Shown here piece by piece: positions 7,974 to 16,750 of a stretch of DNA of 64,000 nucleotides. The DNA lies in contig DASPJR010000215.1 of NCBI GenBank assembly GCA_035628505.1, positions 1,808 through 65,807 on the forward strand, written 5' to 3'. Each line of letters begins with the position of its first letter. Within the stretch, counting starts at the first letter, position 1. The notes under the pieces are model-generated. The model searched no databases and was not told the origin of the DNA. It was given only the letters and a program-made list of their open reading frames with translations. The translations under genes and the position numbers were made by a program. Source of the stretch: Planctomycetota bacterium (GTDB lineage Bacteria; Planctomycetota; SZUA-567; H5-PLA8).

Positions 7974-9401
7974 TCACGTCATGATCTCGCTTACCACGTG
8001 CCCGTGAACGTCTGTTAACCGATAGTCGCGTCCGCTATAATGATAGGTCTGCTTCGTGTGATCGACGCCGAGCAGATGCAGAACCGTCGCGTGCAGGTCA
8101 TGCACCAGCAGCTTGTTCTCGACGGCCTTGTAGCCAAATTCGTCCGTTGCGCCGTAGATCGTGCCGCCTTTGATCCCCGCGCCGGCGAGCCAGATACTGA
8201 AACCGAGTTGATTGTGATCGCGGCCGTTGCTGCCCTGGCTGAAGGGCGTGCGCCCGAATTCTGTCGCGAACACGACAAGCGTATCCTTGAACAGGCCGCG
8301 CGATTTCAAATCTTTGAGCAGGCCGGCGATTGGCTGGTCGATCGCCAGCGCGTGATCCGTGTGATTTCCTTTGAGATCGCCATGCGCGTCCCAGCGTTCA
8401 TCGCCTTTCACCTTCGGCGTTGAAAGCGCAACAAAGCGCACGCCGCGTTCGACCAGGCGGCGCGCGAGCAGGCATTGCTTGGCGTAGTTGCGAGTGTGCT
8501 CAAATTTTGCATCGAAGCCATAGAGCTTTTTCGTCGCTTCGCTTTCGCCACTGAGATCCAGCAGGCTTGGAACGGAGGTCTGCAGGCGCGCGGCCAACTC
8601 ATAATTCTTGATCGCCGACTCGATGGCGTCCGCTTTGCCAAGCTGCTGCGAAAATTCATGATCCTGCGCCGCGATGAACTGAAGCTGGCGCTTCTGCTTC
8701 TCGGGGTTCGCGGGAGTGAGGTTCGAAACGGCCGGGTCCTTGCGTTCGAAAACAGATGCTGAGAATGTCGCCGGCAGAAAACCGCTCTTGTAGTTGTCGA
8801 TTCCGCCGGTCGGGAGCAGCCCTGCGTTGAGGGCGACGAAGCCGGGAAGATCGTCCGCTTCGCTGCCCAGTCCGTAATTGATCCACGATCCGATGCTTGG
8901 CCGCCCGGCAGTGCCCCAGCCGGTGTGCATCCAGTAATTGGCGTTGGCGTGCACGGCGCTCTCGTTGGTCATGGAGCGGATGACAGCCAGATCGTCGACG
9001 CACTCGGCGATGTACGGCAGCATCGAGCTGACTGGTATGCCGCTCTGACCGCGCGGTTTGAATTCCCACAGCGGCGCCATCACCGGGCCGTTCGAGTCAA
9101 ATTGAGTGGCCTCGATCTTCATCGGAAATTTCTTGCCTGCATCGGTGGTCAGGCGCGGCTTGGGATCGAACGTGTCAACGTGTGAGATGCCGCCGTCCAT
9201 GTAGAGCCAGATCACGCGCTTGGCCTTGGGCGCGTGATGCAGCCCAGTCGCCGTGGCGGACGCTGTTCGGGCAAAAAGCGAAGCCAACGCAAGGCTGCCC
9301 ACGCCCAGCGAGGCGCGCTGGAGGAATGCGCGGCGGGAATGTGGCGCGAACTTTAGTTCGGGAAACGTGTGCGGCCGCCCGCAGGAGCACTCAGTTGACA
9401 T
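7974..9401 (-). CDS. DUF1501 family protein (sulfatase-like fold) with twin-arginine signal
   Basis: 475-aa ORF. N-terminus is SRRAFLQRASLGVGSLALASLFA (Tat-like). Body matches the DUF1501 family that partners PSCyt/DUF1549/DUF1553 proteins in Planctomycetota, Verrucomicrobiota and Solibacter. Overlaps the upstream gene by 11 nt on the same strand. Confidence 0.8.
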   Translation of the reverse strand: MSTECSCGRPHTFPELKFAPHSRRAFLQRASLGVGSLALASLFARTASATATGLHHAPKAKRVIWLYMDGGISHVDTFDPKPRLTTDAGKKFPMKIEATQFDSNGPVMAPLWEFKPRGQSGIPVSSMLPYIAECVDDLAVIRSMTNESAVHANANYWMHTGWGTAGRPSIGSWINYGLGSEADDLPGFVALNAGLLPTGGIDNYKSGFLPATFSASVFERKDPAVSNLTPANPEKQKRQLQFIAAQDHEFSQQLGKADAIESAIKNYELAARLQTSVPSLLDLSGESEATKKLYGFDAKFEHTRNYAKQCLLARRLVERGVRFVALSTPKVKGDERWDAHGDLKGNHTDHALAIDQPIAGLLKDLKSRGLFKDTLVVFATEFGRTPFSQGSNGRDHNQLGFSIWLAGAGIKGGTIYGATDEFGYKAVENKLLVHDLHATVLHLLGVDHTKQTYHYSGRDYRLTDVHGHVVSEIMT

Positions 9402-12219
9402 AGATGAACTCCTTCAGGTTGAACAGCGCCAGCGCCAGGTCTTCCCAGCCTGTTTTTTCCTGTCCTACCAGCTCAAGCGCCTGCTGCGCTTCTCTCTCGC
9501 TGGGCGGACGCGAGAACGCTTCGCGGTACATGCGTTCAACACGTTGTGAACTGGAGAGCTCCAGCTTGCTGATGCGCTGGCCCCAGGCTTTCGCCTGCTC
9601 GGCGATGAACGGTTCGTTCAGCAGCGCCAGCGCCTGCGCCGGCACGTTTGAAATATCGCGCTTGCCGAACGTGTTCATGGGCGGCGGCTTATCGAATACG
9701 TCCATGAACGTGTACGGATAGTTGCGCCAGACGGTCAGGTACAGGCTGCGCCGGCGCTGGCCGTCGATGGGGCCGCTCGGCGGATCAACGCCGTTGGTCA
9801 GAGTGCCTTTGAAGCGGTGCGGCGTAAATATCGAGGGTCCGCCGATCTTTGGATCGAGGGTGCCGGCGACGGCAAAGATCGAATCGCGAATGGCCTCCGC
9901 TTCCAGCCGGCGCAGCGGGAAACGTGAGAGCAGCTTGTTATCGGCATCCGCGGCCGGCGCGCTGCCGCCGGCAAGCTGCCAGGAGCGCGAGAGGACGATT
10001 TCGCGAATCAGGCGCTTCATCGACCAGCGGTACTCGGTCACGAAGCGCGTCGCGAGGAAGTCGAGCAGCTCCGGATGCGAGGGTGCATCGCCCAGCACGC
10101 CGAAATTATCGACACTCGGCACAATGCCGCGCCCATAGAGGTAGTGCCAGACGCGGTTGACGATCACGCGCGAGGTCAGCGGGTTCTTCGTCGAGAGCAG
10201 CGATTCAGCAAGCTCCAGCCGCCCGCTGCCTGATTTGGGCGTGCTTCCGCCGCCGCACACATCCAGATACTTGCGTGGCACAGTGCCCTCGCGCGGCTTG
10301 CGTGCGTCGCCACGCGCGTAAATCGGCACGTCGGAGCCATTGATGTCCGCAAGCGCAAGGTAGCGTTCCGGCGCAGGAATCTGTTTTTCGATCGCCGCGA
10401 TCTCAGCAGCGATTTCCGGCGGAGGCGCCAGGCGCGGCATGCCGCTTTCACAGACGCCCGGCGGCGCAGGCGGGACCTTGCCGTTGTTCAGAATGACGGC
10501 GCGAATGCCGAACTGGTTGTGTGGGGAGTCGTTGGTCTTGAACAGGCGCAGCTGGTCGTCGACGGTGCCGGTGAATATTTCAACGTGCGCGGTCAGGCCT
10601 TTCCAGCGACCGATCGAGAAGCGGTGCCAGCGCATGCCCATGTTGCCACTGCCAACGCGATGCTTGAGCCCGCCATAGATCGGCTCGCGGATGGTCTGGT
10701 GATTGGCAATGATGACCTGGACCATCGCGTCCTGCCCGCCGACAAGCACGTGAAGATGCTCGTCTTCAATAACAAAGGACGGTGAGCGCAGCGAGGCCGG
10801 CAGCTTCCGAGACAGTGTTCCGCTCCAGAGCCCGTGAGGCAGCCCGCGCGAGGCGGCATTCTTTTCATCGATGACTTCGGCATGGCCCGTGAGCATCCAG
10901 CCTTCGGGAATGCCCTTCGAAAAATCGGCCATAAGCTTGGAGCCGTCGAGCTCAAGAGGGGGGACAGGGAAGGCCATCCCGGCACGCTCTGGCTGCAGCG
11001 CGGCGTCGGCCTTGTCGCGTAGCGCACGTAAGCGCGCGGCGCTCTGCTCAAACTGCACCTCATTGGACCAGGCGCGGCGCACGCGAGATGACTTCATCAT
11101 GCCAAACAGGCCGTAGTATTCGCGCGCGGATATGGGATCGAACTTGTGGTCGTGGCAGCGCGCGCAGCCGATTGTGAGCGCGTTAAAGGTCTTGCCGAAG
11201 ACCTCGATCTGGTTATCCAGAAGATCGGATTCTTCAACCGCCACATCCAGCGGCGAGAAGCCTGTTTCGCCGAAGTTCCACCACGCCGTCGCGAGTACCG
11301 CTTCATTGCGGCCGCTGGCGGGATCCAGCCGAGCCGGCAGCAGGTCGCCGGCGATGTGCTCGCGCAGGAAGCGGTCGTAGGGCAGATCGGCGTTCAAGGC
11401 GCGGATGACGTAATCGCGGTACTGCCAGGCTCCCTCGATTTCGTAGTCGTTCTCATGTCCTTTGCTATCGGCGTAGCGCACCACGTCCATCCAGTGCCGG
11501 GCCCAGCGTTCACCAAACGCGGGCGAAGCCAGAAGCTTTTCTGTCAGCTGCTGCGTGGCACTCTCGCGGTTCTGCGCATACGCCTGCAGAAAAGCATCGA
11601 GTTCCTCAGGCTTTGGCGGCAGGCCGGTCAGGAGCAGATACATGCGCCGGGCCAGCACGTGCGGCGCAGCATCGCCGCCGGGCGCGAGGCCAGCCGCTTC
11701 CATTCGCGCCTGGAGGAAACGGTCGATGTCCGTGCGCGCCCACTTCGCGTCGCGTACTGCCGGGACGGGCTGGGGCTTGACGGGCTGGAACGCCCAGTGC
11801 GTCTCGGCTGGATTTTTCTTCACCGCAGACAATCTGGCGGGATAGGCGGCACCTTCACGGATCCAGCGCTCGATGTCCTGAATGGCGCCTTCCGGCATCG
11901 GAGGCTTCTTGGGCGGCATCGACAAGTCTGGATCGGTGCGACGGATGGCCTTGACGATCAGGCTCGCCTCAGGCTTGCCGGGCTCGATGGCAGGGCCAGT
12001 ATTGCCGCCGGCGAGCAGCGCTTCGCGCGAATCCATCCGCAACCCGCCTTTGTCTTTTCCTGCGGATAGAGAATGACAGGAAAAGCAATGCTCGGAAAAG
12101 ATTGGCCGGACGCGTTTTTCGAAGAATTCTTCGCTATTTCCGTCGGCGTGGACAGAACGTGAAAGCGTCAGGCAGAGCAGACTCAGCACGAAGGCAGTTT
12201 TCGATGCCAGGATGTGCAT
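9391..12219 (-). CDS. PSCyt1 (planctomycete cytochrome-c-like) / DUF1549 / DUF1553 three-domain protein
   Basis: 942-aa ORF with signal peptide MHILASKTAFVLSLLCLTLSRSVHA. PSCyt1-type N-domain (FFEKRVRPIFSEHCFSCHS...GGLRMDS). DUF1553-type C-terminus (RVIVNRVWHYLYGRGIV...DNFG). Confidence 0.8.
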   Translation of the reverse strand: MHILASKTAFVLSLLCLTLSRSVHADGNSEEFFEKRVRPIFSEHCFSCHSLSAGKDKGGLRMDSREALLAGGNTGPAIEPGKPEASLIVKAIRRTDPDLSMPPKKPPMPEGAIQDIERWIREGAAYPARLSAVKKNPAETHWAFQPVKPQPVPAVRDAKWARTDIDRFLQARMEAAGLAPGGDAAPHVLARRMYLLLTGLPPKPEELDAFLQAYAQNRESATQQLTEKLLASPAFGERWARHWMDVVRYADSKGHENDYEIEGAWQYRDYVIRALNADLPYDRFLREHIAGDLLPARLDPASGRNEAVLATAWWNFGETGFSPLDVAVEESDLLDNQIEVFGKTFNALTIGCARCHDHKFDPISAREYYGLFGMMKSSRVRRAWSNEVQFEQSAARLRALRDKADAALQPERAGMAFPVPPLELDGSKLMADFSKGIPEGWMLTGHAEVIDEKNAASRGLPHGLWSGTLSRKLPASLRSPSFVIEDEHLHVLVGGQDAMVQVIIANHQTIREPIYGGLKHRVGSGNMGMRWHRFSIGRWKGLTAHVEIFTGTVDDQLRLFKTNDSPHNQFGIRAVILNNGKVPPAPPGVCESGMPRLAPPPEIAAEIAAIEKQIPAPERYLALADINGSDVPIYARGDARKPREGTVPRKYLDVCGGGSTPKSGSGRLELAESLLSTKNPLTSRVIVNRVWHYLYGRGIVPSVDNFGVLGDAPSHPELLDFLATRFVTEYRWSMKRLIREIVLSRSWQLAGGSAPAADADNKLLSRFPLRRLEAEAIRDSIFAVAGTLDPKIGGPSIFTPHRFKGTLTNGVDPPSGPIDGQRRRSLYLTVWRNYPYTFMDVFDKPPPMNTFGKRDISNVPAQALALLNEPFIAEQAKAWGQRISKLELSSSQRVERMYREAFSRPPSEREAQQALELVGQEKTGWEDLALALFNLKEFIYVN

Positions 12220-12344
12220 AATGCCGACCTCTAAACGCCACTTGGCAAGCCAGCTCTTTATACCTGCTAAGCGGGCTCTGCGTTACAAGGATTTCGGCTT
12301 TCTTTCAGTTCATTTTTCCTGATGAGGTTGTTCAAAAAATTGAA

Positions 12345-13298
12345 TCACTTCTGTGGAACGATCCAGATGTTTCGGAACCGTACCGGGTTTCCGTGCCCCT
12401 GCAGGTAGATCGGCCCTTCAGACAACTCAGGCTTTGTGCCGCCCGCTCCGGTTCCTTTGGCAAGCTCGACGTTATCCTGAATCTTGACTCCATTGTGAAC
12501 AACGGTGATGCGGGCGTTTGCCACCTTCTTCTCACCCTCGAACTTCGGCGCGGTGAAGTCAATGTCGTAGGTTTGCCAGGCCAATGGCGGGTAGGCCATA
12601 TTCAAATCTGGCGTCTTAAAGTGATACAGCGAGCCGCACCACTGCGTGCGATCGGAACTCGCAGCCGCGCCGAGATCCCTCTGGAACGCTTCTTTCCAGT
12701 TAGCCTTGTGCGTATTAGGGAAGTAATGAATTCCGAACGAATCGAGCACCTGAACTTCGTAACGATCGAAAATGTAAACGCCACTGTTCCCGCGGCCCTG
12801 GCCGCCGAGCGGCGCATCGGGTTTGTAGGGCAGGCGGAATTCGATGTGCAGTTTGAAGCTCTGGAATTTCTGCTTCGTCCGCGTGCCCTCGCAAAGCAGG
12901 CCGCTCTCCAGCTTCGCGCCTTCCCACTGTTCGTTTGCGTTTCCATCGAAGAGGACGACTGCGCCCGCAGGAGCCTTTTCGCCCAGGGTGGGACTCTGGC
13001 GCTGCACACGCTTGTAGCCTTCAATGACGGTCTTTACGTCGGCGGAGGTTGCTGTCGAAACGGCGACAGTTTTTTCGTCCCAGCCCTGTCCTGGCAGTCC
13101 GCCGCTGAGCTTCGAGAGCAGAAATTTTCCCGGGCTGAGCGTGGCGATTTGCAGACCTTCGCCGGGCTTATCGTATTCGCCTTGGATCAGAAAATCCGGA
13201 TCGGCGGCCGCGGTGTCTGGATTTGTGTGCGTCTGCCCAGCAAAACCGGACCAGGCGGCACAAAGGAGAACTGTCAGGCACAAATGCTTTATCGTCAT
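12345..13298 (-). CDS. DUF1080 (3-keto-disaccharide hydrolase / LamG-like) domain secreted protein
   Basis: Signal peptide MTIKHLCLTVLLCAAWSGFA. C-terminus (GNSGVYIFDRYEVQVLDS...GPIYLQGHGNPVRFRNIWIV) is the canonical DUF1080 ending. I chose the start at 13298, 4 nt after the upstream stop. Alternative overlapping start at 13358. Confidence 0.75.
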   Translation of the reverse strand: MTIKHLCLTVLLCAAWSGFAGQTHTNPDTAAADPDFLIQGEYDKPGEGLQIATLSPGKFLLSKLSGGLPGQGWDEKTVAVSTATSADVKTVIEGYKRVQRQSPTLGEKAPAGAVVLFDGNANEQWEGAKLESGLLCEGTRTKQKFQSFKLHIEFRLPYKPDAPLGGQGRGNSGVYIFDRYEVQVLDSFGIHYFPNTHKANWKEAFQRDLGAAASSDRTQWCGSLYHFKTPDLNMAYPPLAWQTYDIDFTAPKFEGEKKVANARITVVHNGVKIQDNVELAKGTGAGGTKPELSEGPIYLQGHGNPVRFRNIWIVPQK

Positions 13299-13302
13299 TA
13301 AT

Positions 13303-15660
13303 TTATTTTCCCGGAACGACGTTGATGGTGTTGTAAATTTCGTGAGCGATCGTCGCACCGTCGGCGGATTTGATGCGGTACTTAATCATCATCTGCATCA
13401 CGGGCTTCATCTCGCCCAGTTCCAGGAAGACACTCTTGCCGTCCGCCGACAACTTCGCCAATTTAACTTCGACCGTGTCACGGCCTTTCTTCTTTGGATC
13501 TGAGACGCTGAATTCCGGTGAACCGTACGCCGATGAGTAATTGTAATTCCACTGCTCAACGCTGTAGGCGGTGGCGTCTCCGGCATCGGCAGAACTGAGC
13601 GCCACCGGAAAACCGATTTCAATGCCAGTGGGTTTGACGCGCAGGGACGACGGATAGAACGCCGGCTTTCCGGTGTAGCGCACACGGTTGAGACAGCCAT
13701 CTTTGGCGCCGGACGTCTGCCAGCCGCGCGAGCCGACCACATACAGTTGGCCATCTGCCGGGTTGAAGCGGGCACGCATGACGCCGGATGCGAACTGAAG
13801 CGGAATTTTCACCACGCCGCCCTGCATCGTGCCATTAATCTCTTCGGTGCAGCAGAGGAACAGAGATGCTTTGCCGTACGAAAGATGGATCATCTGGCCT
13901 TTGTACGGCCCCCAGCGTTCGTCTGGGACCCAGGCCTGCCCGCCGCTGGAATTGTCGGCGGTCATCGGCAGCCAGAAGATGGGCGGATCGTAACTGGTGA
14001 TCGCGTTGGCGTTGACTAGATGCGACTTGTAGCCGTAGAAACCACCCTGCTTCACGCGGGTGACTTTGCTCGAGGGCGTGTAATTTCCCTGGTTATCGCT
14101 GTAAGTCAGAACGTCGCCAGGACCCATGCCGAAGCCGTTGGGACTGCGCAGCCCGGTGGCGTACTCCTCCAGCTTGCTTCCATCCTTCGAAACCCGGATC
14201 ACGCATGCGTGGTTCGGCAGCCCCGGCTTGACGCGGTGTCCGCACACGCCGTAATAAAAATTTCCCGCGGCGTCGGTCTGAAGATCGAACGCATAGGCGT
14301 GATAATTGGGCGAGACAACGCGATCGTTGTTGAAGTTCTCGTAGTAGTCGGCCTCGCCGTCGCTATTGAGATCATGCAGCCGCGTGATCTGATCGCGTCC
14401 CAGTACATAAATTTTGCCATCGACGACTTTCAGCCCGAGCGGCTCGAACATTCCGGTGGCAAACCGCCGCCACGTCAGCGTCTCAAGCTTCGGTGTGATG
14501 GGCGAGCTGATCCAGACGTCTCCGCTGATCTCGCAGATGGCAACGCCGCCATCTGGAAGAAAATCGAACCCCGAAGAGCGCACCCAGGCCTTCCAGGGAT
14601 TGTCGACCGGCAGCGTCAGCGTATCGACCGTGTACGGTCCGTTATCCGCGCCCATTTCGCAGCGCACGTCGATCTGCTTATCCCAGCGGCGCGGTCCGCC
14701 TTTGCAGAGCGCCGGAAGATCGCTGACTTTTGCCGCTGCGGCCTTTGCCGCTGCTTCAAACTCTGCGCCGCCTTTTGCGCCCGACCAGATGCAGAGCTTG
14801 AAGGTCGCTGGTGCCGTGAGCGCCGGAAGTTTCAACGACAGCATGCCGCCTGCATTGGTCAAGGCCGCTCCTTTAGGAGTCCCCGCGACTGCGACGCCGA
14901 TGCAGGAATCCTTCTCAAGCATGGCGCTCAGCAGTCCCTCAGCATCTCGCGGAGCCGGGCCGCTGGCGCCCTCAGTGTCGGCGATGAACACCGTCAGCGG
15001 CGCCGGGGATTTATCGATGTGAATCGTGCGCGTGAAAACAAAACTGGAACCGGAACCCTCGCTGCCAAACATTTCAAGGACTTGGGCGCCGCCAACCGTA
15101 TAGGAGAAAACGACGTTGTTACCGTTCAGATAAAGCCCTTTGTAATGTGCCGCTGATTTCGGAAGCGGACCGTACGGCTGCGCGCGAGGATCTTTTCGGT
15201 CGTCGTTGATCGCCCACCCCGGCAGCGTTTTCGTGCTGAACTTGATTGTGCCGGCGATGGACGGATTGACTGTTCCGCGCAGCATGCCCAGCATCGTATT
15301 GTCGAGCTTGAGGTAATCGCCGGTCCAGCCGAATGCGACACGCATTAGATCTGTGTCGAAGCACATGGTAGCCGGCGCAGATCCGCTCAGGCGAACGGCG
15401 ATGCCTTTGTAGGCAAAATTCAGATTGCCTTTTGAGTTTGGCCACGAGTCGGTTGCAAAACTCGCGACGCCATCGCTGATCGACGCGGTGACAAACGGCC
15501 CGTGGTCCATGTGAAAGCCGGGCGAGTCCACCTTCTTCTTCGACGGCGGCTGCTTCGCTTCAACGTCGTCGTCTTCGCCGCAGAAAACGGGAACTGCAGC
15601 GGCGCTCGCGAGCAGGATCGCCAGGCATACTTTCAAACGAACATTCATGCGCTGCTCCAA
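13303..15660 (-). CDS. secreted beta-propeller protein with putative membrane-bound-dehydrogenase (TIGR02604-like) domain, no heme motif
   Basis: 785-aa ORF with signal peptide MNVRLKVCLAILLASAAAVPVF. Middle resembles the Pirellula/Verrucomicrobium dehydrogenase domain (DGKIYVLGRDQITRLHDLNSDGEADYYENF...GNFYYG). No CxxCH. Confidence 0.6.
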   Translation of the reverse strand: MEQRMNVRLKVCLAILLASAAAVPVFCGEDDDVEAKQPPSKKKVDSPGFHMDHGPFVTASISDGVASFATDSWPNSKGNLNFAYKGIAVRLSGSAPATMCFDTDLMRVAFGWTGDYLKLDNTMLGMLRGTVNPSIAGTIKFSTKTLPGWAINDDRKDPRAQPYGPLPKSAAHYKGLYLNGNNVVFSYTVGGAQVLEMFGSEGSGSSFVFTRTIHIDKSPAPLTVFIADTEGASGPAPRDAEGLLSAMLEKDSCIGVAVAGTPKGAALTNAGGMLSLKLPALTAPATFKLCIWSGAKGGAEFEAAAKAAAAKVSDLPALCKGGPRRWDKQIDVRCEMGADNGPYTVDTLTLPVDNPWKAWVRSSGFDFLPDGGVAICEISGDVWISSPITPKLETLTWRRFATGMFEPLGLKVVDGKIYVLGRDQITRLHDLNSDGEADYYENFNNDRVVSPNYHAYAFDLQTDAAGNFYYGVCGHRVKPGLPNHACVIRVSKDGSKLEEYATGLRSPNGFGMGPGDVLTYSDNQGNYTPSSKVTRVKQGGFYGYKSHLVNANAITSYDPPIFWLPMTADNSSGGQAWVPDERWGPYKGQMIHLSYGKASLFLCCTEEINGTMQGGVVKIPLQFASGVMRARFNPADGQLYVVGSRGWQTSGAKDGCLNRVRYTGKPAFYPSSLRVKPTGIEIGFPVALSSADAGDATAYSVEQWNYNYSSAYGSPEFSVSDPKKKGRDTVEVKLAKLSADGKSVFLELGEMKPVMQMMIKYRIKSADGATIAHEIYNTINVVPGK

Positions 15661-16008
15661 AAGTTTGTCCTCTCACCTGAGCCGAGTTTGGCAATGGCAG
15701 GGGTCTTTATACGACTACACCCGCGAGCACGGTTTTGCACCTTGTCCCTGCGCTGCAGATGCACGGCACATCCGCTGCATTCCATAGCCGCGCTGGTGAA
15801 AGGCTTTCATTGCGCACGACTGCCTGCGTGAAGACCTCTTTCGAATGAGTAACTCTGAACTGCAGTCGGCGCCTTTTATCTTTAAACACAAGAGAAATTT
15901 TCTTTCAATTTCGCAGGACATCCCCGTTCGACTCCTGGCAATCTTTTCCAAGTGGCACGATGCCTGCGCTTATCCAATCGCATATCAAGCTGCGCCAGGG
16001 CAACTCAC

Positions 16009-16641
16009 ATGAAACAGAAGACTGCATTCTTTGAAGTGAAACTCCAGTCAGGATTAGGCGATGCCGAAGCACGCTATTTCCCGTCACCCGAGGCTACGCG
16101 AGGCGTGGTGTTTGTCCCAGGGGCGATTGGCGGCTGGCATTCGCCGGCGCATAATTTGTATGGACGTTTGGTTGAGCAACTGAACGATGCCGGCATCGCC
16201 GCGCTGCAGATAAAATTTCGTGATCCTCATGCTCTGGAGGAGGCCACGCGAGACGTACTCGCCGGCCTTGCGTTCTTTGAGGACGAAGGCATTAAGCGAG
16301 CCGGCGTTGTCGGGCACTCGTTTGGCGGCGCGGTCGTCATCGCCGCGGCGGCACGAAGCAAACTGGTTCGCACTGTCGTGGCACTTTCGACACAGAGCTA
16401 CGGCGCCATTCCGGCAATTTATGCATTGGGCCGGCGCTGCTCAATCCTGCTGGCACACGGTGCGGACGACGAAATCCTGCCGCCGGAGTGCTCGCAGTAT
16501 GTCTACAACGAGACGCGCGGCCGCAGAAAGCTTCTGCTCCTGCCCCATACTCGCCACGGTCTGGACGAAGCTGCGAACCAACTTCTTGATGAAGTACGCG
16601 CGTGGCTGCTGAAGGAACTGGGCCCAGTGCGAAGCTCCTGA
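16009..16641 (+). CDS. alpha/beta-hydrolase (dienelactone-hydrolase-like)
   Basis: Nucleophile elbow GHSFGG, later D and H (LLPHTRHGLDE). I took the start at ATG 16009 (MKQKTAFF). ORF-track start is 15952. Confidence 0.75.
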   Translation: MKQKTAFFEVKLQSGLGDAEARYFPSPEATRGVVFVPGAIGGWHSPAHNLYGRLVEQLNDAGIAALQIKFRDPHALEEATRDVLAGLAFFEDEGIKRAGVVGHSFGGAVVIAAAARSKLVRTVVALSTQSYGAIPAIYALGRRCSILLAHGADDEILPPECSQYVYNETRGRRKLLLLPHTRHGLDEAANQLLDEVRAWLLKELGPVRSS

Positions 16642-16750
16642 CGAACTTTCCGAACACTGTGTTCAAGTCTCCTGATTCTTCACTCGCGTCAGCGTGGCAG
16701 GGGGTATACAGCCTCAGTCCCTGCCTGACCCGGCGTGAAGGAGGCGTGTC

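Noticed and set aside
11146-12069. 307-aa plus-strand ORF
   Set aside because: It is antisense to the PSCyt/DUF1553 gene.
14020-15156. 378-aa plus-strand ORF
   Set aside because: It is antisense to the 785-aa propeller protein gene.
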